This document shows positions 45,502 to 55,749 of a stretch of DNA of 64,000 nucleotides, piece after piece. The translations under genes were made by a program, and so were the position numbers. The stretch lies in the NCBI GenBank assembly GCA_963724395.1, contig CAVRUK010000005.1, forward strand, positions 1,001,261 to 1,065,260, in the 5' to 3' direction. Numbering within the stretch: position 1 is the first letter of the stretch; each line of letters starts with the position of its first letter. This DNA comes from an uncultured delta proteobacterium (GTDB taxonomy: Bacteria > Desulfobacterota > Binatia > Binatales > Binataceae). The notes below the pieces were generated by a model. It was not told where the DNA came from. It searched no databases and saw only the letters and a program-made list of their open reading frames with translations.

Positions 45502-47178
45502 GTGTCCTACGATCTGCTTATCAAGAACGGCACTGTTATCGACGGCACCGGCGCGTTTCGGCGGCGTGCTGATGTCGCGGTCAAGGACGGCAAGGTCGCG
45601 GAGATCGGAAAAATCACCGAGGGCGGCGCGGAGACAATCGACGCGTCGGACCTGATCGTCGCGCCGGGCTTCGTCGATCCACATACTCACTACGATGCGC
45701 AGATCTGTTGGGACCCACTAGTCAGTTGCACCTCGTGGCACGGCGTAACCACCGTCGTGATGGGAAATTGCGGAGTGGGGATTGCGCCGTGCAAGCCCGC
45801 GGCCCGCGAGGTGGCGGCGTGGGACCTGGTCAACGTCGAGGCGATTCCGTTCGACGCGCTGTCGAAGGGGATTACCTGGGAGTGGGAGAGCTTTCCTGAG
45901 TTTCTCGCTGCGGCGGAGCGTCGTGGCGCGGGAATCAATCTCGCGTTTCTGGCTCCGCTGACTCCATTTCGGCACTACGTGCTGGGGGACGAGTCGATGG
46001 AGCGGGAGGCGTCGCCGGAGGAGACGACGCAGGTCGCGGCGCTGCTGCGCGAAGCAGTCGACGCGGGTGCGTTCGGATTTTCGACGACGACCCTCCCGCA
46101 GCATATCGGCTACCAGGGACGCCCGCTCGCATGCCGGCTGGCGTCAAACGACGAGCTGAAGGCCTACGCGAACGTGCTGCGAGACGCGGGCCGCGGCGCG
46201 ATCGAAATCGCCCTCACGCGCCGCGCCGGTCGGGTATCGGAGGACGAGGAGGGATTGCTGGAATTTCTCCTCGACGAGAGCACCCGGCCGGTCACCTGGC
46301 TCGCGATGGCGAGCCGTCCCGACAAACCCGAGGCGAGCGCCGACACGCTCCGGCGTCTCGAGCCGCTGATCAAGCGCGGCGGCGTGCCGCAAGTGCTGTG
46401 CAAGCCGTTCGTCGTGCAGATGGATTTGCGCAATCCGTTTTCATTCGCCGACATGGAGCTGTGGGGCCCGGTCTTCAATCAGCCGCTCGAGAAGCAGAAG
46501 GAGTTCTACCGCGACGCGGCTTTTCGCGCGGCGTTTCGCGAAGAGCTGAAGCGGCCGCATCTGTTCCAGGGCAGATGGAATCGGGTCGAGGTGCTCGACG
46601 TGTCGAGCCCGGCGCTGAAACAATATGAGCGCAAGACTGTCGCCGAAGTCGCCGACCAACGCCATCAGGATCCGCTCGATACGTTCTTCGACCTCGCGCT
46701 CGAGGACGATCTGAATATCCAGTACACGATGCAGCAGTACCACGAGGAAGGAATTCAGCGGCTGATTGGCGATCCGCGCACGATGATCGGGCTGTCCGAC
46801 GGCGGCGCGCATGTGAACATGCTGTGCGATGCCGGCTACTGCACGTACCTGCTCGGCACGTGGGTGCGCGAGCGGCAAGCGCTGACGCTCGAGCATGCAA
46901 TCAAGCGAATCACGTCGGAGCCGGCGGACTTCTTCGGAATCAAGGATCGCGGCAGGCTCAAGGTCGGGCTGCCCGCCGACCTCGCGATATTCGACGAGCG
47001 CAAAATAGGCTCGGCCAAGCGCGCGCGGATGCAGAACGATTTGCCCGGCGGCGGACGCCGGCTCGTGATGCCAGCCGAAGGCGTCGAGTACACCATCGTT
47101 AACGGCGACGTGCTCTACGAGCACGGCCATCATTCAGGCTACCTGCCAGGCCAAGTGCTGAAGTCAGGCGCGAACTAG
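45502..47178 (+). CDS. N-acyl-D-amino-acid deacylase family amidohydrolase
   Basis: PGFVDPHTHYD, GNCG, SDGGAH. Confidence 0.92.
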   Translation: MSYDLLIKNGTVIDGTGAFRRRADVAVKDGKVAEIGKITEGGAETIDASDLIVAPGFVDPHTHYDAQICWDPLVSCTSWHGVTTVVMGNCGVGIAPCKPAAREVAAWDLVNVEAIPFDALSKGITWEWESFPEFLAAAERRGAGINLAFLAPLTPFRHYVLGDESMEREASPEETTQVAALLREAVDAGAFGFSTTTLPQHIGYQGRPLACRLASNDELKAYANVLRDAGRGAIEIALTRRAGRVSEDEEGLLEFLLDESTRPVTWLAMASRPDKPEASADTLRRLEPLIKRGGVPQVLCKPFVVQMDLRNPFSFADMELWGPVFNQPLEKQKEFYRDAAFRAAFREELKRPHLFQGRWNRVEVLDVSSPALKQYERKTVAEVADQRHQDPLDTFFDLALEDDLNIQYTMQQYHEEGIQRLIGDPRTMIGLSDGGAHVNMLCDAGYCTYLLGTWVRERQALTLEHAIKRITSEPADFFGIKDRGRLKVGLPADLAIFDERKIGSAKRARMQNDLPGGGRRLVMPAEGVEYTIVNGDVLYEHGHHSGYLPGQVLKSGAN

Positions 47179-47248
47179 GTGTGCGCCATCGCCGCGATGT
47201 CATCCTGACCGAGGCTACCGGTTCCGAGTCGCCGGGTCGTCACCCTGA

Positions 47249-47447
47249 GGGGGATGAACTATTCAGCCTGACCCCGGCGGATTTTCTGTGCTACCACTAC
47301 AGTATGGTCAAACGTCAGGATGCCCTCCTCTATACTCGCCCCACGCGCCCGCGATTGGGCGAGGCCACCTCCCGGTGAAAACTAATTTTGACGGAACGAA
47401 GCTACCGATGGTGGTGTGGCCGTCCCAGAACCACAACATATGGTATA
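47249..47447 (+). repeat. dispersed bipartite non-coding element, copy 3
   Basis: GGGGGATGAACTATTCAGCCTGAC-N15-GTGCTA...ATGG; core at 47387. Confidence 0.88.
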
Positions 47448-47463
47448 AGTCACTCCTTTGGGC

Positions 47464-49488
47464 ATGATCCAGCACAACCATTTGCGCAACTCTCGGGCAC
47501 TGGTTTACAAGTTTTCGCTGATAATTGCGTTCCTCACTTTGACTTCGGCAATTTCACCGCCACCCGCCTCCGCCCAATTGCCACCGCTGATTCCGCGCGA
47601 CGTTCTGCTTGGCAATCCCGAGCGCGACAATCCGCATATCGCGCCCGACGGCAAACGCCTGGCATGGCTGGCGCCCGATGGGCACGGAATTCTGCAGGTG
47701 TGGGTGCAGACCATCGGGAGTCACGACGCGCGCGCCGTCACCGCCGACAAGAGCCGTGGAATTCACTCCTACCTGTGGGCGTTCGATTCGAAAACGATCC
47801 TCTACATGCAGGACGCCGCCGGCGACGAAAACTTCCACGTCTTCGGGGTCGATCTCGACTCGCTCAACGTGTGCGATCTGAACCCGTGGAATGGCGTGCG
47901 CGCTGAATTCGTCGCGGCGAGTCCGAAATTTCCCGAACGGGCGCTGGTTGCGCTCAATCTGCGCGATCGCAAACTGATGGACGTCTATCGAATCGATCTG
48001 CGCAACGGCGCCGTCGAACTCGATACTAAAAACCCCGGCGACATCGGAGGATGGCTGGCCGATGACGACCTGATCGTGCGCGCGGCCACGGTCACGACGC
48101 CCGACGGCGGCACCGAACTTCGGATTCGCGACCGCGCTGCCGGTCCGTGGCGCACTCTGATGAAGGCTGCAAAGGAGGACCAACTGGCGGCGCTGGACTT
48201 CAGCAAGGACGGACAATCGATCTTTCTCGGCACCTCGATCGGCACGGACACCACGCGCCTGGTGCGCCGTGAGATCGCGTCAGGGAAGGAAACCGATATC
48301 GCGCACAGCAACGATGCGGATCTGAGCGACGCGATGATTCAGCCGACGCGTCACGTCGTGCAGGCAGCGGCGTTCGATCCCGGCCGCCAGCATTGGGTCG
48401 TGATCGATCCGTCGGTTCAGGCCGACTTCGACGCTATCGCGAAAATCGCCGATGGAGATTTCACCGTCGTTGACCGCGACCTCGCCGACCGGACGTGGAT
48501 CGTCGCGTTCTCGAGCGACCGCGCGCCGACGCGCTACTATTCGTGGGATCGCGGATCGAAGAAAGCGACCTTGCTGTTCAGTGTTCAGCCCAAACTCGAC
48601 GATGCCCCGCTCGCCGCGATGAAGCCGGTTGAATTCACCGCCGGCGACGGAATGAAGCTCAACGGCTACCTCACGCTGCCGACCGGCGTGCCCGCAAAAA
48701 ATCTCCCGTTGGTGCTCGTGGTGCACGGCGGACCGTGGGCGCGCGATAGCTGGGGCTTCGATCCCGATACCCAACTACTGGCGAACCGTGGCTACGCTGT
48801 GCTGCAGATAAATTTTCGCGGCTCGACCGGGTTCGGCAAGAAGTATCTGCACGCCGGCGACCGCCAATGGGGCCTCAAGATGCAGGACGACCTCACCGAC
48901 GCCATCAAGTGGGCCGTCGATCAAGGCATCGCCGATCCAAAGCGAGTCGCTATCTTCGGCGGCTCATACGGCGGCTACGCGGCGCTCGCCGGGGCGGCAT
49001 TCACGCCCGACCTCTATCGATGCGCGGTGGACGAATGCGGGCCGTCGAATCTGTTCACGCTGTTGGCGTCGATCCCGCCGTATTGGGAAGTTGCGCGCTC
49101 GATCTTCTCGACCAGGGTCGGGAATTCCGCCGAACCCAGGGACAAGGAGCTGTTGACGGCGGCGTCGCCGTTGTTTTCCGCCGACAAAATAAAAATACCT
49201 ATGTTGATAGGCCAGGGCGCCAACGACCCGCGCGTCGAGCAGGCCGAGGCCGAGCAGATCGTCAATGCGATCGCGAAACATCGCGGGAGCGCGGTTTACG
49301 TTTTGTATACCGACGAGGGCCACGGCTTCGTGCGGCCGGAGAACCGGCTCGACTTTATCGCCCGAGCGGAAAAGTTCCTGGCCGATAACCTGGGCGGGCG
49401 CTACGAGCCGATGAAAGGCGATCGAATTCCCGGCTCGACCGCGAAGGCCCGCGTCGTCGGGAGCGTCGCCGAACCGACATCGCCGTAG
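47464..49488 (+). CDS. exported S9 family peptidase
   Basis: VHGGP, GGSYGG, NDPRV, DEGHG. Confidence 0.94.
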   Translation: MIQHNHLRNSRALVYKFSLIIAFLTLTSAISPPPASAQLPPLIPRDVLLGNPERDNPHIAPDGKRLAWLAPDGHGILQVWVQTIGSHDARAVTADKSRGIHSYLWAFDSKTILYMQDAAGDENFHVFGVDLDSLNVCDLNPWNGVRAEFVAASPKFPERALVALNLRDRKLMDVYRIDLRNGAVELDTKNPGDIGGWLADDDLIVRAATVTTPDGGTELRIRDRAAGPWRTLMKAAKEDQLAALDFSKDGQSIFLGTSIGTDTTRLVRREIASGKETDIAHSNDADLSDAMIQPTRHVVQAAAFDPGRQHWVVIDPSVQADFDAIAKIADGDFTVVDRDLADRTWIVAFSSDRAPTRYYSWDRGSKKATLLFSVQPKLDDAPLAAMKPVEFTAGDGMKLNGYLTLPTGVPAKNLPLVLVVHGGPWARDSWGFDPDTQLLANRGYAVLQINFRGSTGFGKKYLHAGDRQWGLKMQDDLTDAIKWAVDQGIADPKRVAIFGGSYGGYAALAGAAFTPDLYRCAVDECGPSNLFTLLASIPPYWEVARSIFSTRVGNSAEPRDKELLTAASPLFSADKIKIPMLIGQGANDPRVEQAEAEQIVNAIAKHRGSAVYVLYTDEGHGFVRPENRLDFIARAEKFLADNLGGRYEPMKGDRIPGSTAKARVVGSVAEPTSP

Positions 49489-49591
49489 ACTCGCGCAAAC
49501 ACTTCGTCGATCAGTTGTGATATGAAAAATTATGCGGCGCACCGACATCGAGGCGTTGCCGCCGACCGCCTAATCGCCAGGAGGAATCGCC

Positions 49592-50434
49592 ATGGCCGAA
49601 TTCGGAATCTCGATGTTCCCGACTGACTACGCAATCCAGCCGATCGAACTCGCACGCGCGGCTGAGGAACGCGGCTTCGAGTCGATGTTCTTCCCCGAGC
49701 ACACGCATATCCCCGCGTCACGCAAGACGCCGTGGCCCGGCGGCGGCGAATTGCCGAAGGAGTACTGGCACACCCACGATCCGTTCGTCGCGCTCGGCGC
49801 GGCGGCGGCGGTAACCAAGAAAATTAAACTCGCGACGGGCGTATGCCTGGTGATCGAGCGCGACCCGATCACGCTCGCCAAGGAAGTCGCGTCGCTCGAC
49901 ATGATTTCGGGCGGGCGCGTGATTTTCGGCATCGGCGCGGGCTGGAACGTCGAGGAGATGGAGAATCATGGCGCGGTCTTCAAGCGGCGCTGGAAAATCG
50001 TCAAGGAAAAAATTCTCGCGATACGGCAAATATGGACCAAGGAGGCGGCGGAGTTTCACGGCGAGTTCGTGAACTTCGATCCGATCTGGTCGTTTCCCAA
50101 ACCGGTGCAGGCGGGCGGACCGCCGATCCTGCTCGGCTCGCAATCGCCAAAGACGTTCGAGCGCGTCGCGGAGTATTGCGACGGATGGATGCCGATCAAT
50201 TTTCCGCGTTACGATCTCGCCGCCGGCCTGAAGGCGCTTGCCGATGCGGGCCAGAAGGCCGGCCGCAAGAAACTTCCGGTCTCGATGTTTGGCGTCGGTC
50301 CGAATGAGGAACATATCAAAAAGTTCCTCGACCTCGGACTCGACCGGCTGATTTTCGCGCTGCCGCCGGCGACACGCGAGACCGTGCTGCCGTTGCTCGA
50401 CAAGTACGCCGACCTGAAGGCCAAGGCGCGCTGA
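49592..50434 (+). CDS. LLM class (F420-dependent-like) oxidoreductase
   Basis: FPEHTHIP, DPFVAL, GIGAGWNVEE, PKPVQ. Confidence 0.92.
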   Translation: MAEFGISMFPTDYAIQPIELARAAEERGFESMFFPEHTHIPASRKTPWPGGGELPKEYWHTHDPFVALGAAAAVTKKIKLATGVCLVIERDPITLAKEVASLDMISGGRVIFGIGAGWNVEEMENHGAVFKRRWKIVKEKILAIRQIWTKEAAEFHGEFVNFDPIWSFPKPVQAGGPPILLGSQSPKTFERVAEYCDGWMPINFPRYDLAAGLKALADAGQKAGRKKLPVSMFGVGPNEEHIKKFLDLGLDRLIFALPPATRETVLPLLDKYADLKAKAR

Positions 50435-50464
50435 GGAGACTCATGATTTTTCCTGAAGTGGCTC

Positions 50465-50512
50465 TTGACTGGACTAGCCGCGATCTTTAGTCTAGCCACC
50501 CTATCGACTAAA
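50465..50512 (+). promoter_or_regulatory. sigma70 promoter TTGACT-N17-TAGTCT overlapped by palindrome TTTAGTC-N13-GACTAAA (putative Rrf2 operator)
   Basis: seen directly; related site at 51009-51033. Confidence 0.65.
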
Positions 50513-50523
50513 AACACGGTAAC

Positions 50524-50982
50524 ATGCTCTCGAAGAAGTCGAAATATGCCCTCAAGGCGATGATGGTTTTGGCCAAGGAATACGGCCAGGGACCCGTGCT
50601 CATCTCTGACCTGGCGCAGCGCGAAGGTATCCCGCGCAAGTTTTTGGAGCTTATCCTGCTTGAGCTCAAGAACCAAGGGCTCCTGCAGAGCAAGAAGGGC
50701 AAGGGCGGCGGCTACTTCCTCGGCCGCGATCCTCACCTGATCAGCGTAGGGCACGTTGTACGCGTCCTGGACGGGCCAATCGCACCTCTGCCATGCGTCA
50801 GCAAGACGGCATACATGCGATGCCGCGAGTGCCGCGACGAGCGCAGTTGTGGAATCAGGATCGTGATGAAGGAAGTCCGCGATGCGACCGCGAAAATAAT
50901 GGACTCGACTTCGCTGACCGACATGCTCAAGCAAGTCGAGGCAGTAGTAACCGGCAAAGAATCGCTGAGTTTCGCGATCTGA
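50524..50982 (+). CDS. Rrf2 family transcriptional regulator with a four-Cys C-terminal motif
   Basis: YALKA, FLELIL, KGKGGGY, C-X8-C-X2-C-X5-C. Confidence 0.94.
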   Translation: MLSKKSKYALKAMMVLAKEYGQGPVLISDLAQREGIPRKFLELILLELKNQGLLQSKKGKGGGYFLGRDPHLISVGHVVRVLDGPIAPLPCVSKTAYMRCRECRDERSCGIRIVMKEVRDATAKIMDSTSLTDMLKQVEAVVTGKESLSFAI

Positions 50983-51008
50983 AAAGTTTCGGCAATTTTT
51001 TTGGGAGA

Positions 51009-51033
51009 TTAGTCTAGTCATCTAATAGGATAG
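51009..51033 (+). promoter_or_regulatory. second putative Rrf2 operator
   Basis: TTAGTCTAGTCATCTAATAGGATAG aligns with 50487-50511. Confidence 0.55.
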
Positions 51034-51036
51034 CTT

Positions 51037-51234
51037 ATGAAAATGGACTCAACTCTGACTAGCCGGCGCGATGCTCAACCTGAGCCCGATTCGGGCGACG
51101 AGATCCTGCGGCGCATTGCCAATGCCATCAGCGGCGTGCGCTTCGGCTCGATCGAGGTCGTAATCCAGGACTCGCGAGTCGTGCAAATCGAGCGCAAAGA
51201 GAAATTTCGCTTCGACAAGACCGGTCGCGGGTAG
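51037..51234 (+). CDS. YezD/OscA (DUF2292) small protein
   Basis: VRFGSIEVVIQDSRVVQIERKEKFRF; sulfur operon context. Confidence 0.88.
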   Translation: MKMDSTLTSRRDAQPEPDSGDEILRRIANAISGVRFGSIEVVIQDSRVVQIERKEKFRFDKTGRG

Positions 51235-51255
51235 CCGATCGAAACAAATTGTCCG

Positions 51256-51393
51256 CGACCATCAAAAATTTTGAGAGGAGCCCGGACCGGGCAAGGATCC
51301 GGTGCATCGTGAATAGAGCCGACACAAATCAACCGCGAGCTGACCGGTCATCCGGAAGTTCCCAAGACGACGAGGGACTTTTGAGATGAGAAA
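51256..51393 (+). repeat. duplicated leader, copy A
   Basis: 35-nt core 51334-51368 is 34/35 identical to 52331-52365. Confidence 0.85.
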
Positions 51394-52246
51394 CCGAGCT
51401 ACGCTCCGTTTTCAGTGGATCCTGCCGACACTGATGATTGTCGCAGGCTTGATGATGCCGGCTCCGGCCTCGGCGCAGACGGCGTGCGCCCCAACCATCA
51501 ACGCGTGCGGATGCACAATCGATGCGCCCGGCTCCTACAAGCTCGGGCTGAATATCGATTCGGCTCAGGGACTCACTCCCGGCGGCGCGTGCATCGAGAT
51601 CGCCTCGAGCTTCGTGATCCTGGACGGCGCGAAGAAAACCATCACCGGGCCTGGTGGCACGAAGCCAACCGGGATTGGAGTCTGGGTTCATCGCAATTTG
51701 CGTTCAGACTTCCTCGGATTCCGTGGCACGGTGATCAGCGGGTTTGACGTCGGCTTGCTCATCCAGGGCAGTCAAATCGTCGCCGACGACGTCACCACGA
51801 ATACCAATGGGACGGCGGGTGTCGAGCTGTACAAGGCCGATTCTGTCGAGCTCACCAATACCACTGCTGAGAACAATCTCAATTACGGAATCTGGCTGAA
51901 GGCAACGTCCTCCAGCGATGTCACAAATTCCAAGACCGAGTCCAACGGCAACATTGGATTGTACGTGGGATGCTCCGATCTCGGGCCGATCAGCGCCGGA
52001 TGCACAGGAGTCGGCGGGTCACCGGGCAACTACATTTTCACGGGAAACATCCAGGCGAACGCCAACTACGGCGTCGCACTCGATATCGGCGCCAGGAACT
52101 CGATCGTGACCAACCAGACGCTGGGAGGAGGCACTCACAATTCGAAGGACGATTTGTTCGACGCGAATTCGAGTTGCGGCAGCAACAAATGGTTCGGCGA
52201 TGACTCGACGGCGACCAACAACCAGGCCGGCGGCTGCATCAAATGA
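51386..52246 (+). CDS. exported right-handed beta-helix protein
   Basis: signal peptide; NN..GI repeats; paired Cys. Confidence 0.75.
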   Translation: MRNRATLRFQWILPTLMIVAGLMMPAPASAQTACAPTINACGCTIDAPGSYKLGLNIDSAQGLTPGGACIEIASSFVILDGAKKTITGPGGTKPTGIGVWVHRNLRSDFLGFRGTVISGFDVGLLIQGSQIVADDVTTNTNGTAGVELYKADSVELTNTTAENNLNYGIWLKATSSSDVTNSKTESNGNIGLYVGCSDLGPISAGCTGVGGSPGNYIFTGNIQANANYGVALDIGARNSIVTNQTLGGGTHNSKDDLFDANSSCGSNKWFGDDSTATNNQAGGCIK

Positions 52247-52257
52247 CGAGTCGCGCA

Positions 52258-52390
52258 CGACCATAAAAAAACAGGGAGGAGCACGGACCAGGGAAGGATC
52301 CGGCGCACCATGACACAGCCATTAAATAATCGCGAGCTGACCGGACATCCGGAAGTTCCCAAGACCATGAGGGGCTTTCGAGATGAGAAA
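52258..52390 (+). repeat. duplicated leader, copy B
   Basis: shared GACCAT, GAGGAGC, AAGGATCCGG, core and GAGATGAGAAA blocks. Confidence 0.85.
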
Positions 52391-53852
52391 ATGCACTTTG
52401 CCGATCCTGCCGGTTATGCTGGCGGCGATAATTGCCGGGGTGTTTGTTCACGCCCGGCCGGCGCATGCGCAGTCGAGGCTGTCGACCGATCCGAAGGATC
52501 AGGAAATCGAATTGCTGAAGACCGAGGTCAAGCAACTCAAGCAGAGGGTCGATACCTTGGAAGGACTTGACCAGAAAGTGAAAGTGATCGACCGCAAACT
52601 CGAAGTTCAGGAAGAGACCCAGCATCAGAGGTCGCTCGAGATGCCGATCGTTAAGGTAGGCGAGGAAGGATTCTCGCTGTCGTCGCCCAACCACGACTAC
52701 AATATCGATTTCGGCGGAATCATCCAGGGTGACGGCCGCTTCTTCACCAGCGGCGCAGACAAGAACGTCGGCAGCACGTTCTTCCTGAATCGAGTGCGCC
52801 CGATTATCACCGGTTCGGTTGCGCAGTATTACAACTTCAACATCACGCCCGACTTCGGCCAGGGCAAGGTCACGCTGCAAGACGCCTACATCAATATGAC
52901 CTATTGGGATTATGCAAGCCTGAGGGCCGGGAAGTTCAAAGCGCCACTGGATCTCGAGCGCCTACAGTCGGACCGCGATCTGGAATTCAGCGAACGCTCG
53001 GAGATCCAGAATCTGGTCCCGAACCGCGACACTGGCGCCGACCTCCACGGCAGACTTATGGACGGCCGCGTCTTCTATGACGCCGCGTTAATGAATGGAG
53101 TACCTAACAACACTGCCGCGGACACTACCGACCTCGACACCAATGACGGCAAGGATTTCGTCGGCCGCATCTTCACCACACCGTTCGAACTCGGCGAGAA
53201 CAGATGGCTCAAGGGCCTGGGTTTCGGTTTCGCCGGTTCTTATGGCGATGAACGCGGCGCCACGACCTCGACCTACAAGACCTACGGCATGAGTACCTGG
53301 TTCCAGTACAACAAGGGCGTGACCGCGTCGGGGTTGCGCGCGCGAATCGAACCGCAGCTCTACTACTACTGGCGCAGCTTTGGATTGATGGCCGAGTACG
53401 CGCAGGACCAGCACTCGCTGAACCTGTTCACCACTACCGGGAAGGCGCCGTTTACAAAGCTCATCAATCGTACCGACACCTTCACCGACACCGGCTATTT
53501 CGTGCAGGGTTCCTACCTGCTGACCGGCGAAGATGCGTCCTACGGCTGGGTTAAGCCGCATCATCCGTTCGACCCGCGCAATGGATTCTTTGGCGCATGG
53601 GAGTTGGCGGCCAGAATCAGCAACGTCGCCGCGCAGACGCGCCAATTCCAGCTCGGTTTCGCCAATCCGAGCGTGTCCGCGGAAACTGCGACCGAGTGGG
53701 CGGTGGGCGTCAACTGGTACCTGAACTCGAACATCAAGTGGCAGTTCGACTATGCGAACACGTTCTTCGACGGCGGCGCCGGCACGACCTCCGACGTTAA
53801 GGACCGGCCGAACGAAAGCGTCATCGAGTCGCAACTGCAGATCTCGTTCTGA
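52383..53852 (+). CDS. OprO/OprP-family anion-selective porin
   Basis: signal peptide, coiled coil, PDFG, GKFKAP..LERLQSD, GVNWYLN, terminal Phe. Confidence 0.9.
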   Translation: MRKCTLPILPVMLAAIIAGVFVHARPAHAQSRLSTDPKDQEIELLKTEVKQLKQRVDTLEGLDQKVKVIDRKLEVQEETQHQRSLEMPIVKVGEEGFSLSSPNHDYNIDFGGIIQGDGRFFTSGADKNVGSTFFLNRVRPIITGSVAQYYNFNITPDFGQGKVTLQDAYINMTYWDYASLRAGKFKAPLDLERLQSDRDLEFSERSEIQNLVPNRDTGADLHGRLMDGRVFYDAALMNGVPNNTAADTTDLDTNDGKDFVGRIFTTPFELGENRWLKGLGFGFAGSYGDERGATTSTYKTYGMSTWFQYNKGVTASGLRARIEPQLYYYWRSFGLMAEYAQDQHSLNLFTTTGKAPFTKLINRTDTFTDTGYFVQGSYLLTGEDASYGWVKPHHPFDPRNGFFGAWELAARISNVAAQTRQFQLGFANPSVSAETATEWAVGVNWYLNSNIKWQFDYANTFFDGGAGTTSDVKDRPNESVIESQLQISF

Positions 53853-53859
53853 GGTGAGA

Positions 53860-54891
53860 ATGTTTGGCCGCAAATTGAAATTGACACACACGCTCGCCGC
53901 CATCACTTTGGCTGCGAGCGTTGCTTTCGGCATTGGCGCCGCGCGCGCGGCCCAGGTCACACTGCTCAACGTGTCGTACGATCCGACCCGCGAACTTTAC
54001 GAAGCTGTCAACGCCCAGTTCGCGAAGGATTGGAAGGCGAAGACGGGCGACGACGTAGCGATCGAGCAGTCGCACGGCGGCTCGGGCAAGCAGGCGCGCG
54101 CTGTTATCGATGGTCTCGAGGCTGACGTGGTGACACTCGGACTCGCGGGCGACATCGATGCGATCGTCGACAAGGCGGGCTTGTTGCCGCCGGACTGGCA
54201 ATCGCGCCTGCCCGACAACAGCTGCCCCTACACTTCGACCATCGTGCTGTTGGTGCGCAAGGGAAATCCGAAGCAGATCCACGACTGGGATGACCTGGTG
54301 AAGCCGGGCATCTCGGTAATCACGTCGAATCCGAAGACCTCGGGCGGTGCGCGATGGAACTTCCTCGCAGCGTGGGGTTACGCGCTGAAGAAGAACGGCG
54401 GCGATGAGGCCAAGGCGGCGGCGTTCGTCGGCGCGCTCTACAAAAACGTGCCGGTGCTCGACTCCGGTGCGCGCGGCTCGACGACTACGTTTGTCGAGCG
54501 CGAAATCGGCGACGTGCTGATCGCATGGGAAAACGACGCGCACATCGCGATCAAGCAATTCGGCGCCGACAAGTTCGAGGTCGTGTATCCGTCGATAAGC
54601 ATCCTCGCAGAACCTCCGGTCGCGTGGGTGGACAAGGTGGATCAGCGTCACGGCACCGCCGCGATCTCGAAGGCATACCTGGAATTTTTGTACACGCCCG
54701 CGGGGCAGGAAATAATCGCGCAAAATTTCTTCCGTCCGCAAGACAAGGCGGTCGCCGCAAAGTATGCGAGCCAATTTCCAAGCTTGCCCCTGCTCACGAT
54801 CGATTCGGATTTTGGCGGATGGAAAAAGGCGCAGCCGAAGTTTTTCGGCGACGGCGGCGTGTTCGACAAGATCTATCAGCCGGGAAGTTAG
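53860..54891 (+). CDS. sbp: sulfate ABC transporter substrate-binding protein
   Basis: [32 protein letters not shown]. Confidence 0.96.
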   Translation: MFGRKLKLTHTLAAITLAASVAFGIGAARAAQVTLLNVSYDPTRELYEAVNAQFAKDWKAKTGDDVAIEQSHGGSGKQARAVIDGLEADVVTLGLAGDIDAIVDKAGLLPPDWQSRLPDNSCPYTSTIVLLVRKGNPKQIHDWDDLVKPGISVITSNPKTSGGARWNFLAAWGYALKKNGGDEAKAAAFVGALYKNVPVLDSGARGSTTTFVEREIGDVLIAWENDAHIAIKQFGADKFEVVYPSISILAEPPVAWVDKVDQRHGTAAISKAYLEFLYTPAGQEIIAQNFFRPQDKAVAAKYASQFPSLPLLTIDSDFGGWKKAQPKFFGDGGVFDKIYQPGS

Positions 54892-54900
54892 CGTCACGCG

Positions 54901-55740
54901 ATGGGAGTTGGAGCGAAAACGAAACGGACCAATGTGCTGCCGGGATTCGGCCTGACGCTGGGCTTCACGCTCGCGTATCTCGGAATCGTTGTGTTGATTC
55001 CGATCTCGACGATCTTCTTCAAGACCTTCACGCTGACGTGGCCTCAGTTCTGGGCCGCCGTCGCAAGTCCGCGAACGGTAGCGGCCTACCGGCTGAGCTT
55101 CGGCGCTTCGATTGCGGGAGCGTCGATCAACTCGGTGTTCGGATTCATCGTGGCGTGGAGCCTGGTCCGCTACGAATTTCCCGGCAAAACGCTGATTGAC
55201 GTGATGGTCGATCTGCCGTTCGCGCTGCCGACTTCGGTGGCGGGAATAACTCTCACCGCGATTTACGCGGGCAACGGATGGATTGGGCGGTACCTCGCGC
55301 CGCTTGGAATAAAGGTCGCGTACGCGCCGCTCGGCGTGGTCGTGGCGCTTACGTTCGTCGGGCTGCCGTTCGTAGTTCGCACGATTCAGCCTGTGCTCGA
55401 GGATCTCGACCAGGAATATGAGGAGGCGGCGGCGACGCTCGGCGCGAGCCGCTTGCAGACGTTCATGCTGGTGATCGCGCCCGCGCTGATTCCCGCGCTG
55501 CTCACAGGATTCGCGCTCGCGTTCGCGCGCGCGCTCGGTGAATATGGCTCGGTCGTATTCATCTCGGGCAACATGCCGATGCATACCGAGGTGGTGCCGC
55601 TGCTGATCATGAGCAAGCTCGAGCAGTTCGATTACGCCGGCGCGACCGCGATCGCGGTGGTGATGCTGACGGCGTCGTTCGCGATTCTGCTCGGCATCAA
55701 CGTGCTGCAGAGGTGGAGCAGTCGCCGCCTGGCGGCCTGA
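54901..55740 (+). CDS. cysT: sulfate ABC permease
   Basis: VLPGFGL, DLPFALPT, ARALGEYGSV. Confidence 0.95.
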   Translation: MGVGAKTKRTNVLPGFGLTLGFTLAYLGIVVLIPISTIFFKTFTLTWPQFWAAVASPRTVAAYRLSFGASIAGASINSVFGFIVAWSLVRYEFPGKTLIDVMVDLPFALPTSVAGITLTAIYAGNGWIGRYLAPLGIKVAYAPLGVVVALTFVGLPFVVRTIQPVLEDLDQEYEEAAATLGASRLQTFMLVIAPALIPALLTGFALAFARALGEYGSVVFISGNMPMHTEVVPLLIMSKLEQFDYAGATAIAVVMLTASFAILLGINVLQRWSSRRLAA

Positions 55741-55749
55741 CGTTTCGCG

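Noticed and set aside
47304-47378. Small ORFs starting at the conserved ATG of the four-copy element as a peptide family
   Set aside because: The peptides (48, 37, 24 and 27 aa) are unrelated and meet the conserved core in different frames or stop before it.
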